Shown here piece by piece: positions 1 to 11,696 of a DNA stretch of 64,000 bases. Location: assembly GCA_905250005.1 (NCBI GenBank), contig CAJNOH010000220.1:1-64000 (forward strand). Reading direction: 5' to 3'. The notes under the pieces are model-generated. The model saw only the letters and a list, made by a program, of their open reading frames with translations. It made no database searches and was not told the DNA's origin. Within the stretch, counting starts at the first letter, position 1. Each line of letters starts with the position of its first letter. The position numbers and the translations under genes are program-made. The stretch comes from Rotaria sordida. Taxonomy: Eukaryota.

Positions 1-47
1 CATAAACCACCATTTAACCAGAGCCATCGGTAATCAGATAGACTTAC

Positions 48-320
48 CGCTAATGCAGCTATAGCAAACATACTACATGATGCTGAAATATAATTTCGTT
101 CATATCGTTTTAATATGGATGATGATGAATGCACTCTTGTTGTAATTGGTATTATTGGTTGTGAAACAAGATTTTGTTCTTCAACTATTGATTGTTCGGA
201 TGGATCATCAACATTTATTTCATCTTCTGTATTAACAAGTTGATGAGCTCGATGATGATCATTATTGGTAGTTGAGAAACGAGAAAAAAACCGTGAAAAA
301 AATCGATTATTCGGTGACAT
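48..320 (-). CDS. First coding exon (partial gene) of an unidentified protein; the gene continues beyond the window start
   Basis: Minus-strand ATG at 320..318 opens a frame reading MSPNNRFFSRFFSRFSTTNNDHHRAHQLVNTEDEINVDDPSEQSIVEEQNLVSQPIIPITTRVHSSSSILKRYERNYISASCSMFAIAALA. The frame ends exactly at a GTAAGT donor (revcomp of plus 42..47). No domain recognised; hydrophobic tail suggests a TM start. Confidence 0.35.
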
Positions 321-2703
321 AATTTGATTTATTTTTCTTTAGATGTTAACAGGACATATTAACAATTTTTATGATGATAAACAAGATGAAAAAAAAAATA
401 GCAAAAAAATAGATCTTAAAAATAAAATAATAATAAAAAATAACAATAAAGTTGAGAAATAAAATATTTGTTTTTTTCCTTAACTGACAGAATAGGTCTT
501 TTCACGTATTTACTCCATTGTAAACTTTATTTGTGTCTTTATGTACCCTCATTTTGATTGACTGTTTTTCTAATCAATCATTTTTATTGGACGATCGTTT
601 AAATGAATCTCGTTCTTTGATTGAAGGAAAGAGTAGACCATTCGTGATAAACGATTGTTATTTATTTATTTTTTTTACACTATTAGCCCAAAAGATATTT
701 ACCAAAGATTTTCTTTTTTTAAACGACACAGATGGCAGTATTATGCTAAGTCCTGTTTGAAAATGTTTTTATAAAAAAAATAAAAATGAGGAAGTGACTA
801 AATGATAAATTTGTATTAATTGATGAGATATTCTACAAGACAGAGAAAAGAGTTGATATACATCAGATTTTTTAATTCTATTTTTAAAAAGCGTAGAATA
901 TTGAGCAGTCGAGCAATGAATGAAATTGATCAATTAAAATTTAACTTCACAGTTAAATAAACCCAATTACGAACGTTTCATATGTCTGTTCAAATGACAA
1001 GAAGTATCAAACATAAACATTAAAAGAATCTATAAATAGCCCTTGTAAAATGATGTTTGTATATATCAATCATGAGATATATCGAGAAAGAAATCTTTAT
1101 TATTGTAAGATATCCTTTCAATACAAATTCTAAAAATTTATCATTGAACAAACAGTCGAGTGCACTCTCATGTTTTCTTTTTCCTCTTTCGAGAGCAAAT
1201 ATAAAAGTGCTTGCTTACATTCTTGTTTTAACGTCCGTTATCCTCCTCTTCTTATTCTAATGAGAAGAGAATTATCGCACTAATAAGACATATACATCGT
1301 GTAATTAGCAATAAATTTACTCATCTATCATCACTCTAACAAATAATGATCAACGAACAACGATTAGAAACATTACAGCAGCTACGTACAATTTGGAAGG
1401 AATAATTATGCACATTCACCATAATTCCAATGTAAAACACGATGTTCACCAACACCATACTCATTTTTCGTATCTGCAATGTTTTAATACTCAATTAGAA
1501 TCATCTACATCTCACACACATCTAAACGGAACTTAGATGTTAGTGATAATGATGGAACGTAGAGATTAGTACAGTAATGTGTATTATTGAGCGGAAAACA
1601 AAAATTACTAGTCGAATAAAATTATCAATAACTTCTGTCTCTACGTCTGTCGAATAATAATCCACAATAAATTCAACTCCAGCAGGAATTATTAGAAAAT
1701 TAACAATGTTGTCTTGCATTTGAACAGTTGAAATATGAAAATTTCAAACAACTTGCCATGCTTAGTGATTGAATATGATTTAGCCGTGAGTACAAAGAAC
1801 TGACCATCCGATTTAACAGTAGCTGATATATATGTGAAGAATATTACAAGTAACAAAAAGCTTCGGTCACGTTTTCACTCGTCGGTCATATGGGTAGTAA
1901 ATTAAAAATACGGGTAAACAAAAAACGACTCATACGCACCATTTATGTTTACTAATAAATGACTGTTTCAAATTACTAATATCAACATTACAGCAATTAA
2001 GTCAAAATTTATTTCTATGATTGTTTTGCTCTTGTTGTTCGTTACGTACTACTTCACGACAATGATAAATATGTCGAAGATGAAAATTGAACGAAAACTT
2101 CAATTAGCTGAAAATGTTAGACGTATTCAATATCGTTTCCAACGAAGAACAAATGACTCTCGATTTATTAATAAAGATCTTCGCAAATGTAATACAGCAT
2201 TAAAAATAGGCCGAATTAGAAATACTTTCTGCGCTATTACACTGTTTCTGATCGGTAATCGTACAATATATTGTACTCAATGCTAGTGTCTAGGTCATAT
2301 GTCAGATGAATGCTATCGCGAACATCCTAGTTATCGTCCCTGTCTTAATAGTCTGATTGATAGTCAAACACGGAGTGTTAGAACATGGTTTGTTGTGTTC
2401 AATATAATGACCATCACTATTCTTTATTTAGTAAATAGGAAAATAAATTGTATATACGTAGGATTTAAAAGAACAAGTTAACAAGGCAGTATCTACAGGA
2501 AAACTACATCGATTAGTATCTCACAATCATGCTTAGCCAATACAATTTCAGATGAACCAAGACGAATCTCTATCATTACAATCTCTAATGTCTCATACTG
2601 CTATATGGACATCTGCTCTATTACAATCATTAACAACAGCTAATGAAGATACAACCAAAATCTTGTGATTGATGAATCAAAATATGATCAATATGAAAGA
2701 GAT

Positions 2704-3507
2704 CCTAGTGAATGTACTTAGTTAAGGGTACCCATGTACTGAGAAAGCCTCAGCAAGGTACCTGATATGGATACTTTGAAAAATCTCAGTAATTATACTG
2801 ATGTAGGTACTGCATTGAATACTTATATCAGTATGTTTACTGAACAAGTACTTGTATGGGTACCCACACCTGTAATTTTACTGAGGAACGCTCTACAGGG
2901 TATCCTAGATTTGTCGCGTTCGGTCCAGCAATTGTTCATTCACTATTTTCTTTTGCACATACGGCTTCATATAAACAACTCGACAAAACATAAGAAATTA
3001 ATATTTTTTTCATACGAATTTTTTCCAGATTATTTCTCGACTATTTACTAGTCGAGAACATGCCGATCTCGATTGTAAATTGAGAGAAGACTACCTTGAA
3101 GTGGTCTGATGGAGATCCGATCAACTGAGGTCCGGTCAGATTCAGAAATTTGACCTGCTTGAATTTTCAAAATTAGAAAAATTAAATTAAACAAAATTGA
3201 AAAAAAATGTAATAAATTTCTTTGAGAGAAACAAAAATGAAAAAAGTCAAAGGTTAGGTTCGATCATCAACATACTTCAATTTTGGTAACAGGATACTTA
3301 AAAATACTGTGCAATAGTACCCAGTTGAGTACTTGATCAGTACCTTCAAGTACCCATTCACTAGACGCTTTTCAGCAGGGTACCCGCTCCAGTACTTTAT
3401 ACGTACCTAAAAGTACTTTAAGGTACTTCAGTTCCCGAAAGTTCCTGTGACATACTGGTGGCAGGGTACTTTTTCAAGTATCCTTAGTTCAGTACATTCA
3501 CTAGGGA
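2704..3507. mobile_element. MITE-like non-autonomous element (~800 bp) with ~30-bp terminal inverted repeats and a GTAC-rich imperfect-palindromic interior
   Basis: Left end cctagtgaatgtacttagttaagggtaccc (2704..2733) is the reverse complement of gtatccttagttcagtacattcactaggg (3478..3507), 26/30 identity. Interior is packed with GGTACC/AGTACT/GTACTT motifs recurring in both orientations. No coding capacity I trust (ORF 2767..3051 is low complexity). Confidence 0.4.
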
Positions 3508-4149
3508 AGTACGTAACATATGGGTAAAAGCTTAGATCGTATTAATGCAAGGATCAATCAAGTAGCTCTTGACACCAAATTATATCAAGAAGCACTGGTG
3601 AACCTACTGTCTACAATTGAATTGTTATTTGGCGATTTAATCTGATCGATGATGCAAGTTTTAATGTTGTTGGATTGCGGTATCAACAGCAGAAATTGCA
3701 AAACTTACATAATAACTTGACTATATTATTATTAAGTATGCAATCCAATAATACGATTCGACGAAAGCGTAGTACATTGCCACTTCTATGTCTCTCTTCA
3801 TTTCATCCGTCGAAAGCAATTGCAAACACGTCACAGAATGAATTTGAACAAAATATGAGCATTTAGATGGATACTATGTTCTTTAAAGTGAAAGCAGATG
3901 CCAAATCTTTTTTCTCCTTTCAAAAAAGTTAATCCTAAAGAGACATCGATATAACATTTTTGTCAATCAGGCTTCCAGGCAAAAGATCACAAACTAGTGG
4001 ATAAAGTTCTTGCAGAATGACTTAAGGCAAGTTCTTAAGAAAATATCCTGACACAGTATAAAAATATGTCACTTCAAAAAGTACAAAAAGGACAACTCTT
4101 TTTGAATTTTTTCCATTAAAACATTCTTTATAAAAGGAGTGTCTCTATT

Positions 4150-4470
4150 TTATGTATTTACTGGAGTTGGTAAACTGTGGAATACATATTGAATATCTCA
4201 ATTTAATATTTTTTATCAACATGAAACAAATAAAAGCGGAGATGCATGTATAGCAGTAAGAAAACATTTGAAAGCATCAAAAACACATTGTAATCTGGAA
4301 AACAAAGTTATTATTGATGTAATGGACTCACTGAAACAGTTAAAATAATTGCTTTTTACTGATCGACAGTACAGACTAAAGATTTAGAAGACTTACAATC
4401 ATACATCATTGAAAATACAATCATCACTGGTGATTTTAATGCATCCATGCAAGAATTGGGTGTGGGTGTG
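4150..4470 (+). mobile_element. Decayed non-LTR retrotransposon (LINE) fragment, endonuclease (EEP/APE-like) C-terminal region
   Basis: Translation around 4400..4460 gives ...IIENTIITGDFNASMQELG..., the GDFN signature near the end of LINE APE endonucleases. Surrounding frames are broken by stops and shifts. Confidence 0.25.
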
Positions 4471-6439
4471 CATAAGATAAAAGCAACAGAAGTTTAAAGG
4501 AATGCATAGAAAAACAAAAACAATCGGTGATACATTCTATCAACGTCGCATTCTACAAAACGTTCGAACAGAAACATTCATTTTGATGTTTACAAATGTT
4601 TATTTGTAAAAATGTTGATTTTTATAAGAATAAAAATATTTCTTAATTGTGAATTGAAAGGTGTATGAAACTATTCTCATACTCTTAAAAGATTTTTGGA
4701 TGAAGGAAGTAAATAAGAAGAATGTTGATAAATGGTATGTGAGCTACATTGGCTTTCTTGTTGCTTTAAAACAACAGACTTACATGATAGAAAGAAAAAG
4801 AAAAGTTCCGACTAGCACTGATTTCGTACATTATTTAGTGGTTGAAAGATATGAAAATGATGAAAAATAAGTATTATGAAGAGAAGAAAATGCGCAGCAC
4901 AAACGAAGAGACAAGAATACTACTAGAGTACTACAAGGACGCAACTTTCTATAGTCGTACATGACCCTTAAAAAAAGTGATTTGCCCGTAAGCACTATTC
5001 GTAAAGTTAGTTTAATATTTTATTCACGGACCAATACTTTTGTTTTATTCGTACATAATTGTAAAATATATACGTTTAACGATTATTTTTATATCTTCTA
5101 TCAATAGTTGCAGATTGGACACAGGAAGATACGATTGTCAGATCAGGTAAAATATGCAAAGTTTTAATTTTATGATTACTGAAATAACCAATATCGAGTA
5201 GAGCTTGAGACATTACTTTAGATTCATATTTGCTGACAACGCTAAATAACCACATGTTATATACCGAAAAATTTCCATATGTACTTGGTACTTCAGTCTT
5301 TTGTTCAGATTACACTCTATCGTATTGTTTATTTGTACAAAGAATAATTTTAGGTGCTCGAATAGATTTTATTTTGCGATTTTTATGATGAAGTTTAAGC
5401 CTTGTCGAGCTGGGTTCCTGTGTATCATAAGTTGAAATGGTTTTAAATTGAACATATTCTATATAAGGAATGATATTTTTTTTAATCATTTTCAAGACGA
5501 TTAAATGGGTTCGACCATCTAGTAATGACATTTGTCAGATTATTACAAGATCTCTATTCAATACTATCTAGCATTTTTTTAATCAATCGTTTTTCCATTG
5601 TAGACAGCGCTAATATTTTACAAGTGTTTGATAGAATATCAACGTGAGATAATTAATGAAAATAAATATTCATTTTTTTGTACTGGCTCATTACAAATAC
5701 GTACGTCGCTTACAGCTCTTATATCTTAGCAGCAGAACCAAACAACCATGTAACCAAGGATGTCACTATTAAACAGTCGCGTTTGAAAACACACATTTTC
5801 AATTTTTTTACAAACAATAGTGCTTAGAAAACATATGTCTTCTCAAAAATTTACTTTTCATATCGTTTAACTACCTGTATCTGAAAATCTTATACTTGTA
5901 CCAAAGTGCAAGTGCGAATGTTCGACTCACGGATTGCAGAACACAACATACTACTACGTGTAATGACATGAAAAGTGTAAAATAAGAATGTCAAATATCT
6001 AAATGGAATAAATGGCAAAAGTTTGTGTTCTCAATTCAAGAAACACACTATAATACAGAGAGGCGCTTTAGTCATATCTCTCTAGGGTATATAAACCTAA
6101 ATTACTAACCTTTTCAAAATTAGCTACTAACGAGCTCATTCGATACTATACAGAACAGTTCAAAGCACAAGATTCTGATATATCAGATCATCGCGAAGTG
6201 CAAATTGAAACAGCCTATCAAAAACTAATGAGTCAGCTAAAGACATTATAGGAAAAGATCGAAACAATGAATGTTACGGAGATAAAGAGATCTTTATCAA
6301 AACTAGAATCAACAAAGTCGTCTGACTTCAATGTTCTATCCAATTTTATGAACAGATGACTTTCACCGAGTTACATAAGTTGTCTAACACACTGCTTTGA
6401 TACCTGGTTGAATAAACACAGATATTCCGATGTTCAAAA

Positions 6440-7020
6440 ATCAGCTAATATAGTTACATTGAATAAATTAAAATTAGAAGTACTTCGTTATGATCAGACA
6501 CGTTTGGTTTCACTTCTAGTAGCAACACATACAAAATTGTTGGAAAAATTATATTAGATAAAATGAAGCACCGCACAGAAATCAACAATCAAGTTCCAAC
6601 TGAATAGTGAAGTTTTAGTCTTGAGTGCCTACTTTCTGCTCAAGTTTTATCGATTTATCAAGAAAAAATATCGAAGTATTTCAAGAAATGAAAACAATTC
6701 ATCAATTTGTCTAAGGAAGTAGTGCAGATTTTTCTCTCTATCTCTCTTTACCCCAAACAAAAAAGCAGCGCTTTTGAGAAAATCCATGAATTGAATAAGG
6801 TTGTTTCATCGTTGTCCTTTTGCGCGGGCAATAAATCTTCTCCGAATTATCAATGTGGTATCATTACAAGATTAAGTACATTGACTTATAATAAAAAGAC
6901 TGAAACGAATTTTAAAAAAATCAGACTTAGTTCGATCAATTTTTTTACACTGGTATGCCTTCTCAAGATTTATTTCATTAGAGTAAAAGTGAATTCCTTG
7001 GACAATTCCTTCGAATGAAA
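6440..7020 (+). mobile_element. Decayed LINE reverse-transcriptase fragment (RT motifs 0-2), frameshifted
   Basis: Around 6500..6600 one reads ...VSLLVATHTKLLEKII/LDKMKHRTEINNQVPTE..., matching the LINE RT N-terminal motif IsLLsv.sKvlEkii.nRl. ORF 6707..7018 then contains ...KQKSSAFEKIHELNK..., matching RT motif 2 (kAFDkV.H..L). Several frameshifts and stops; non-functional. Confidence 0.3.
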
Positions 7021-7673
7021 TAATTGCAACATATGTGTTCAAGGCATCCATCGCTGCTTCTTCTGTGCCTTGAGTATTTATCCATGTGAAACCTGCTATG
7101 CTTTTGTTTGTTATTCTTTATCTCTATTCTCTCTTCTTATTTTTTTTTCTCTTCATATAACCTCTTTCGTTCATTTTATCTTCTCTTCATTTTTTCCTTA
7201 TTGCTTTCTCAAGTCACTTTTTCTCATCATATTTTATTTATCTAGTGTGCTATCTTGTAAATCAATTTTTTGCCTTGTCTCTGTGTGCACTATAATAACT
7301 TTTATAATCATGTAATGAAGCAGCTGTGAATGCTTATAGTATTCGTTATAGATACTTCCGAGTGTAATAATAAAGAGGACAAAATCAAAAAAAAAAACTT
7401 CAGGTGATTCATATTTACAATGAACCGAAGGACGAATGAATATCAATGTATGATCCGGCCTTTTTATGATACACAATGTCAATCATGAACAATAAGCTGA
7501 CTGTAAGATAAAACAGAACAGATAAATATATTGCATAAGCAAGCAAGGTTAATATATGGAAATAGTTTTGATGAATGGATGTGTAAACGTGAACTTAAAA
7601 GATTAAAAAAATTATCTATTTTCTTTATCTATTCATTTCCATCTTATCAATTACAATAAAGACAAAATAAAAG

Positions 7674-9494
7674 TTGAGTTTAATCAATATCATGGATTTA
7701 GTCAGTCGTTCTAGTACAAAATATCATCTTGCAAATATTAATGATGATACTGTTTCAAATAGAACATCAAATAATGGATTTCGTTTTATGGATAAGAATG
7801 GTCGTATAAATATAATATATTCTTCATTTGGACGTGTAAAACATATGCATTCAAATGCAATTTTATTTATCATGCAATCTGACTGGTGGCTTGTATTAAC
7901 ATTTGTTTTATTTGGTTTTATACTAAGTTGGTTTTTTTTTGCCTTTCTTTATTTTCTCATTTCAATTGAACATGGAGATTTTGTTTTAAATGAAGATGAA
8001 CAAGCTTTATTAGATAATCAAACAAATTATACACAACAATATTTGAAAATAGAACGAGAAAAATGTGTTAAAGATGTACATAATTTTTTAAGTGCATTAC
8101 TTTTTTCGATTGAAACTCAACATACAATTGGTTATGGTTCGAGATATATAACAACAGAATGTATGGGTGGTATACTTGTATTAACTCTTCAATCATCCCT
8201 TGGATATTTATTACAAGTTATTGTCACGCAAATTGTTTTTACTAAATTATCACGACCTACAGGTGAAATTTATTCCTTTTGTTTTTTGTCGTCTTAAATA
8301 AAAGATTCAGATTGATAGAGATCGAAAGTCTTAGGTTCTTCTGACACTTAATAAGATAAAAGTAGATTTTATTGAATTAATATAAAACTGAAGTAATGCA
8401 GTCAACTTTTTTCGTAGTAGATTGTAGACAAAAGAAATCTTCGAAGAATGTTCCTATAATAGAAAATTATTTTTATTAGTCTAGGACCTCTTCCAATAAT
8501 TCATTATTGTATTCTATTGTGTATTAAATATTGATTTAAACTCATTGCATTGTTTCATAATAAGTCAATTTAAAATTATTTATATATCATTTTGATCAAG
8601 TCTTATTAACTACTTGATGATAATAGATAAATATTTGTTATATTTTTAGAAAAATCTCAATTTATTATATTCAGTAATTATGCACTTATTGCATCACGAG
8701 ATAATCAATTAACGTTAACAATTCGAATAGGTATTTTAAATGAATCATGTCAATCGTAGATTATTAATTTAATAATTCATTTCTTTTTTTTTTTTTTTTA
8801 CATAGTTAACTTATCTACTTCCCAAATGATATTTGCTACTGTTCGTTTATTAATGATTCGTCAACGACGAACACTTGAAGGTGAAATAATTCCTCATCAA
8901 ATCTATGATATGGAATTAACACATCTTTGTAATGGTCAATTATTTTTTCTTCGACCAACTATTGTTGAACATATTATTAATTCACGTAGTCCACTTTATG
9001 GTATACAACAATCAACATTAGAAAAAGAACATTTTGAAATTATTGCTATTATTGAAGGTTCTTTTGATCATACAGGTTTTTCATGTCATTTTCGTACATC
9101 TTATTTACCTAATGAACTTTTATGGGGTTATCAATTTTCACCATGTAATCCTACATTAAGTGGATTTGATTATGATAAATTTAATCGTATACAATTGATT
9201 GATGCTCCTCATCGTTGGAGTTATGAAGACGAAGAATTGAACGATACAAGAACATCTGATATACCCATTAGTTTGCCATATTTATATTATACAAATTTCA
9301 ATGAAAGATTACAACGAGAAAATTCATTTGATGATACTCGTCCATCTACTAAAGGATATAATCGATTATCAGCAGTAGAATCAATATCAAATAATAATTT
9401 TAGACATATAACAACAATAAAACCAATAGATATTGATGAAGAACTAGACGAAGTAGAAACATTTTCATATAAATCAAGTCATTCATCTGTATAG
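7674..9494 (+). CDS. Inwardly rectifying potassium channel (Kir family), 3 coding exons: 7674..8262, 8650..8730 (27-codon micro-exon), 8806..9494
   Basis: Exon 1 has the RFMDKNGRINI (RFVkKnGqCNV-like) motif, TM1, the pore helix with TIGYG selectivity filter, and TM2 ending ...TKLSRPT at an AG|GTGAAA donor. The micro-exon after a TTTTAG acceptor encodes EKSQFIIFSNYALIASRDNQLTLTIRI, aligning with Kir [28 protein letters not shown]. Exon 3 follows a TTTTACATAG acceptor and reads GNLSTSQMIFATVRLLMIRQRRTLEGEIIPHQIYDMEL...EGSFDHTGFSCHFRTSYLPNELLWGYQF, the Kir cytoplasmic domain. All exons phase 1; stop at 9492..9494. Confidence 0.85.
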
Positions 9495-9857
9495 AAAAAA
9501 AAACTTGAATTTTAATAAGAAAAGAAAGAATTAACTTTTTTTTGTTATGAAAAAAAAAATGGAAGAATAGAGTATTCATATATCAAGATCATAATTCTTT
9601 ATATTAATCTATTATAATGATAGATAAGAGAACATGATTTATAATATGTATACATGTATTTGATAATTTTTAGTTTACAATATAGATGTGTGCAAAAAAA
9701 AAAAAGATAATAATATCTTCTATAATCTCATTCATTTTCAATATGTATTGTAAGTATGTAGAAGTATAGAATTGCATGAACAAATATATTTCTTAAAGAA
9801 TCGCGTCTTAATTTTCAAAAAATAAAATTTCTGTATTTTTGTTTTTGAATTATTCAA

Positions 9858-10775
9858 GGTGAACAAAATAATCGATTAATAATCTATCATGATTATCATT
9901 TTCATCAAGCTTATCCTATTGAATATCAAAAACAAGAAATCAATAGACATATTGAGATTTTACAACAATGGCTTGAAAATAATATCGGTCAATATCATTT
10001 ATTCATATTGAAATTTTATTAATTGTTTTTATTGTTCACTTTAGACAAAGATTCAATTGATGATGAAACAGGTTAGTTTATTATTTGATAATAAAAATTC
10101 TTTATTTTATTTATAAGACAACTATTTTGATTGTATTGACAAAGAAGAATTCGGTAAATAGAAATTGAAAACATTTTTCTTTTTGTAATTATTGATTTAT
10201 CATTGTCTAATAGACAATGATGTTGATAATCAATATTTAGCAATCAATTGTCAAGATCATCTATACGATAATAATCTTGTTCAGATATTTACTAACGATT
10301 ATTCATGGATCTCTGAGATTTGGTTATCAATACATCGAAAGTATAAACAAAGTTTTTTTTTTAAATTAATCTTTAGTTTATCAAGAAAATCTTTAGAACT
10401 GGTAAATTACGTCGTTTTCTCAATTATTTTAATCAATCTAGAAAACGATCATTAACAAATATAGTTGAAGAGTTCGTTCGTATATACGGTGGATCCTTTA
10501 ATCATCCAATTGGTTCTTGTGTAAGTCTAATTCTCATTAAAAAAAAAATCTTTGAGGAACAGAAAAAATAATCTTTTTAGTTTCATATATCATATGCAAA
10601 TGAAAAATGGCTTCTTATTTTAAAAAATATCAAACGTAAGTATAACTCAAAAATTGAATTTATCTCAAATAATTCTATTGTTTGTTTTTTTTTTCAAGTT
10701 GTCAAATATCCAGCATATCCATATCCTCAAACACGAATTATTTTTATTCGTAAAGGTGTTTCATTTATAGCAAGA
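9858..10775 (+). CDS. Multi-exon gene of unknown function (about 5 short exons); exon boundaries approximate
   Basis: Short open segments bounded by GT donors and YAG acceptors: GEQNNRLIIYHDYHFHQAYPIEYQKQEINRHIEILQQWLENNIGQYH.., DNDVDNQYLAINCQDHLYDNNLVQIFTNDYSWISEIWLSIHRK|gtataa, FIKKIFRTGKLRRFLNYFNQSRKRSLTNIVEEFVRIYGGSFNHPIGSC|gtaagt, FHISYANEKWLLILKNIK|gtaagt. No recognisable domain. Confidence 0.25.
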
Positions 10776-11096
10776 TAAAAAGTAACATTATATAATTAAT
10801 GTTTTTCAATAAACGCGCATTTAATAAAAATCATGTCTGATGTAATATTTATTGTAATTATTGGTATTATCTTTATTCTTCTTAGTCTAATTATGAATAT
10901 TATACAATTAATAAAAATGTATCGAAATGAAAAAGAGACAAAATTTTAATGTATTCGAATAGATATAATAATAATAAATATAAATATTGAAATGAAAATA
11001 AATGCAATAAATATTAAAAAAATTTTTCGTTTCATTTTTCGTCGTGTAATAATTTTATGTGCATGAATTGTATGATCAAGAACTATAAGAAAATAT

Positions 11097-11696
11097 TTAA
11101 AACAAAAACAAAAAAAAAAGAAAAAAATTAATTTTACTTTCTTGTGTTTGATTTACTGAATGAGATGTTTCTGCTAATGTAATATAAAGTTGACAAATTC
11201 TATCATTATGTTCTGTATGTATTATAGTATTAAGTTCATGAAACATTTCATATAAAATATCAATTTGTTTTTCATTTTTTATTAATGAAATATCTTTATT
11301 ATTAATTTGTTCTTGTTTTTGTTTAATATCTAATAAATTTTTAAAATTATCAATTATTTGAAAAAAAGATATTTGTTGTGAATCAATAATTCGTCGACTA
11401 TGATCATCATTTTGACGTAATGAAATTAATTTTTGTTTTATTTCATTTCGTTTTATTTCATCATGAATATTAATTGGTAAATATTCAATTAATTGAGTTT
11501 GAACACGAATTAATGTTGATTGAAGACAAATATTTAAAAGACGTAAATTATTTATTTCTTGTTGAGCTGAATGAAGTTGAATAGGAACTTGATTTAAAAT
11601 AAGAATTTCTTTTGTTTCAAGAATTTTTGATAATGATATTCGATTAGATAGATTTATTTGTTCAGATTCTTCATTAGGTATTTGATTATTATTCAT
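11097..11696 (-). CDS. Coiled-coil protein of unknown function (single long ORF, about 190 aa)
   Basis: ORF MNNNQIPNEESEQINLSNRISLSKILETKEILILNQVPIQLHSAQQEINNLRLLNICLQ...QKQEQINNKDISLIKNEKQIDILYEMFHELNTIIH... has a heptad-like Leu/Ile/Gln/Lys composition. Its 3' tail runs into a poly-T tract, so the true 3' end is uncertain. No family identified. Confidence 0.35.
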   Translation of the reverse strand: MNNNQIPNEESEQINLSNRISLSKILETKEILILNQVPIQLHSAQQEINNLRLLNICLQSTLIRVQTQLIEYLPINIHDEIKRNEIKQKLISLRQNDDHSRRIIDSQQISFFQIIDNFKNLLDIKQKQEQINNKDISLIKNEKQIDILYEMFHELNTIIHTEHNDRICQLYITLAETSHSVNQTQESKINFFLFFLFLF

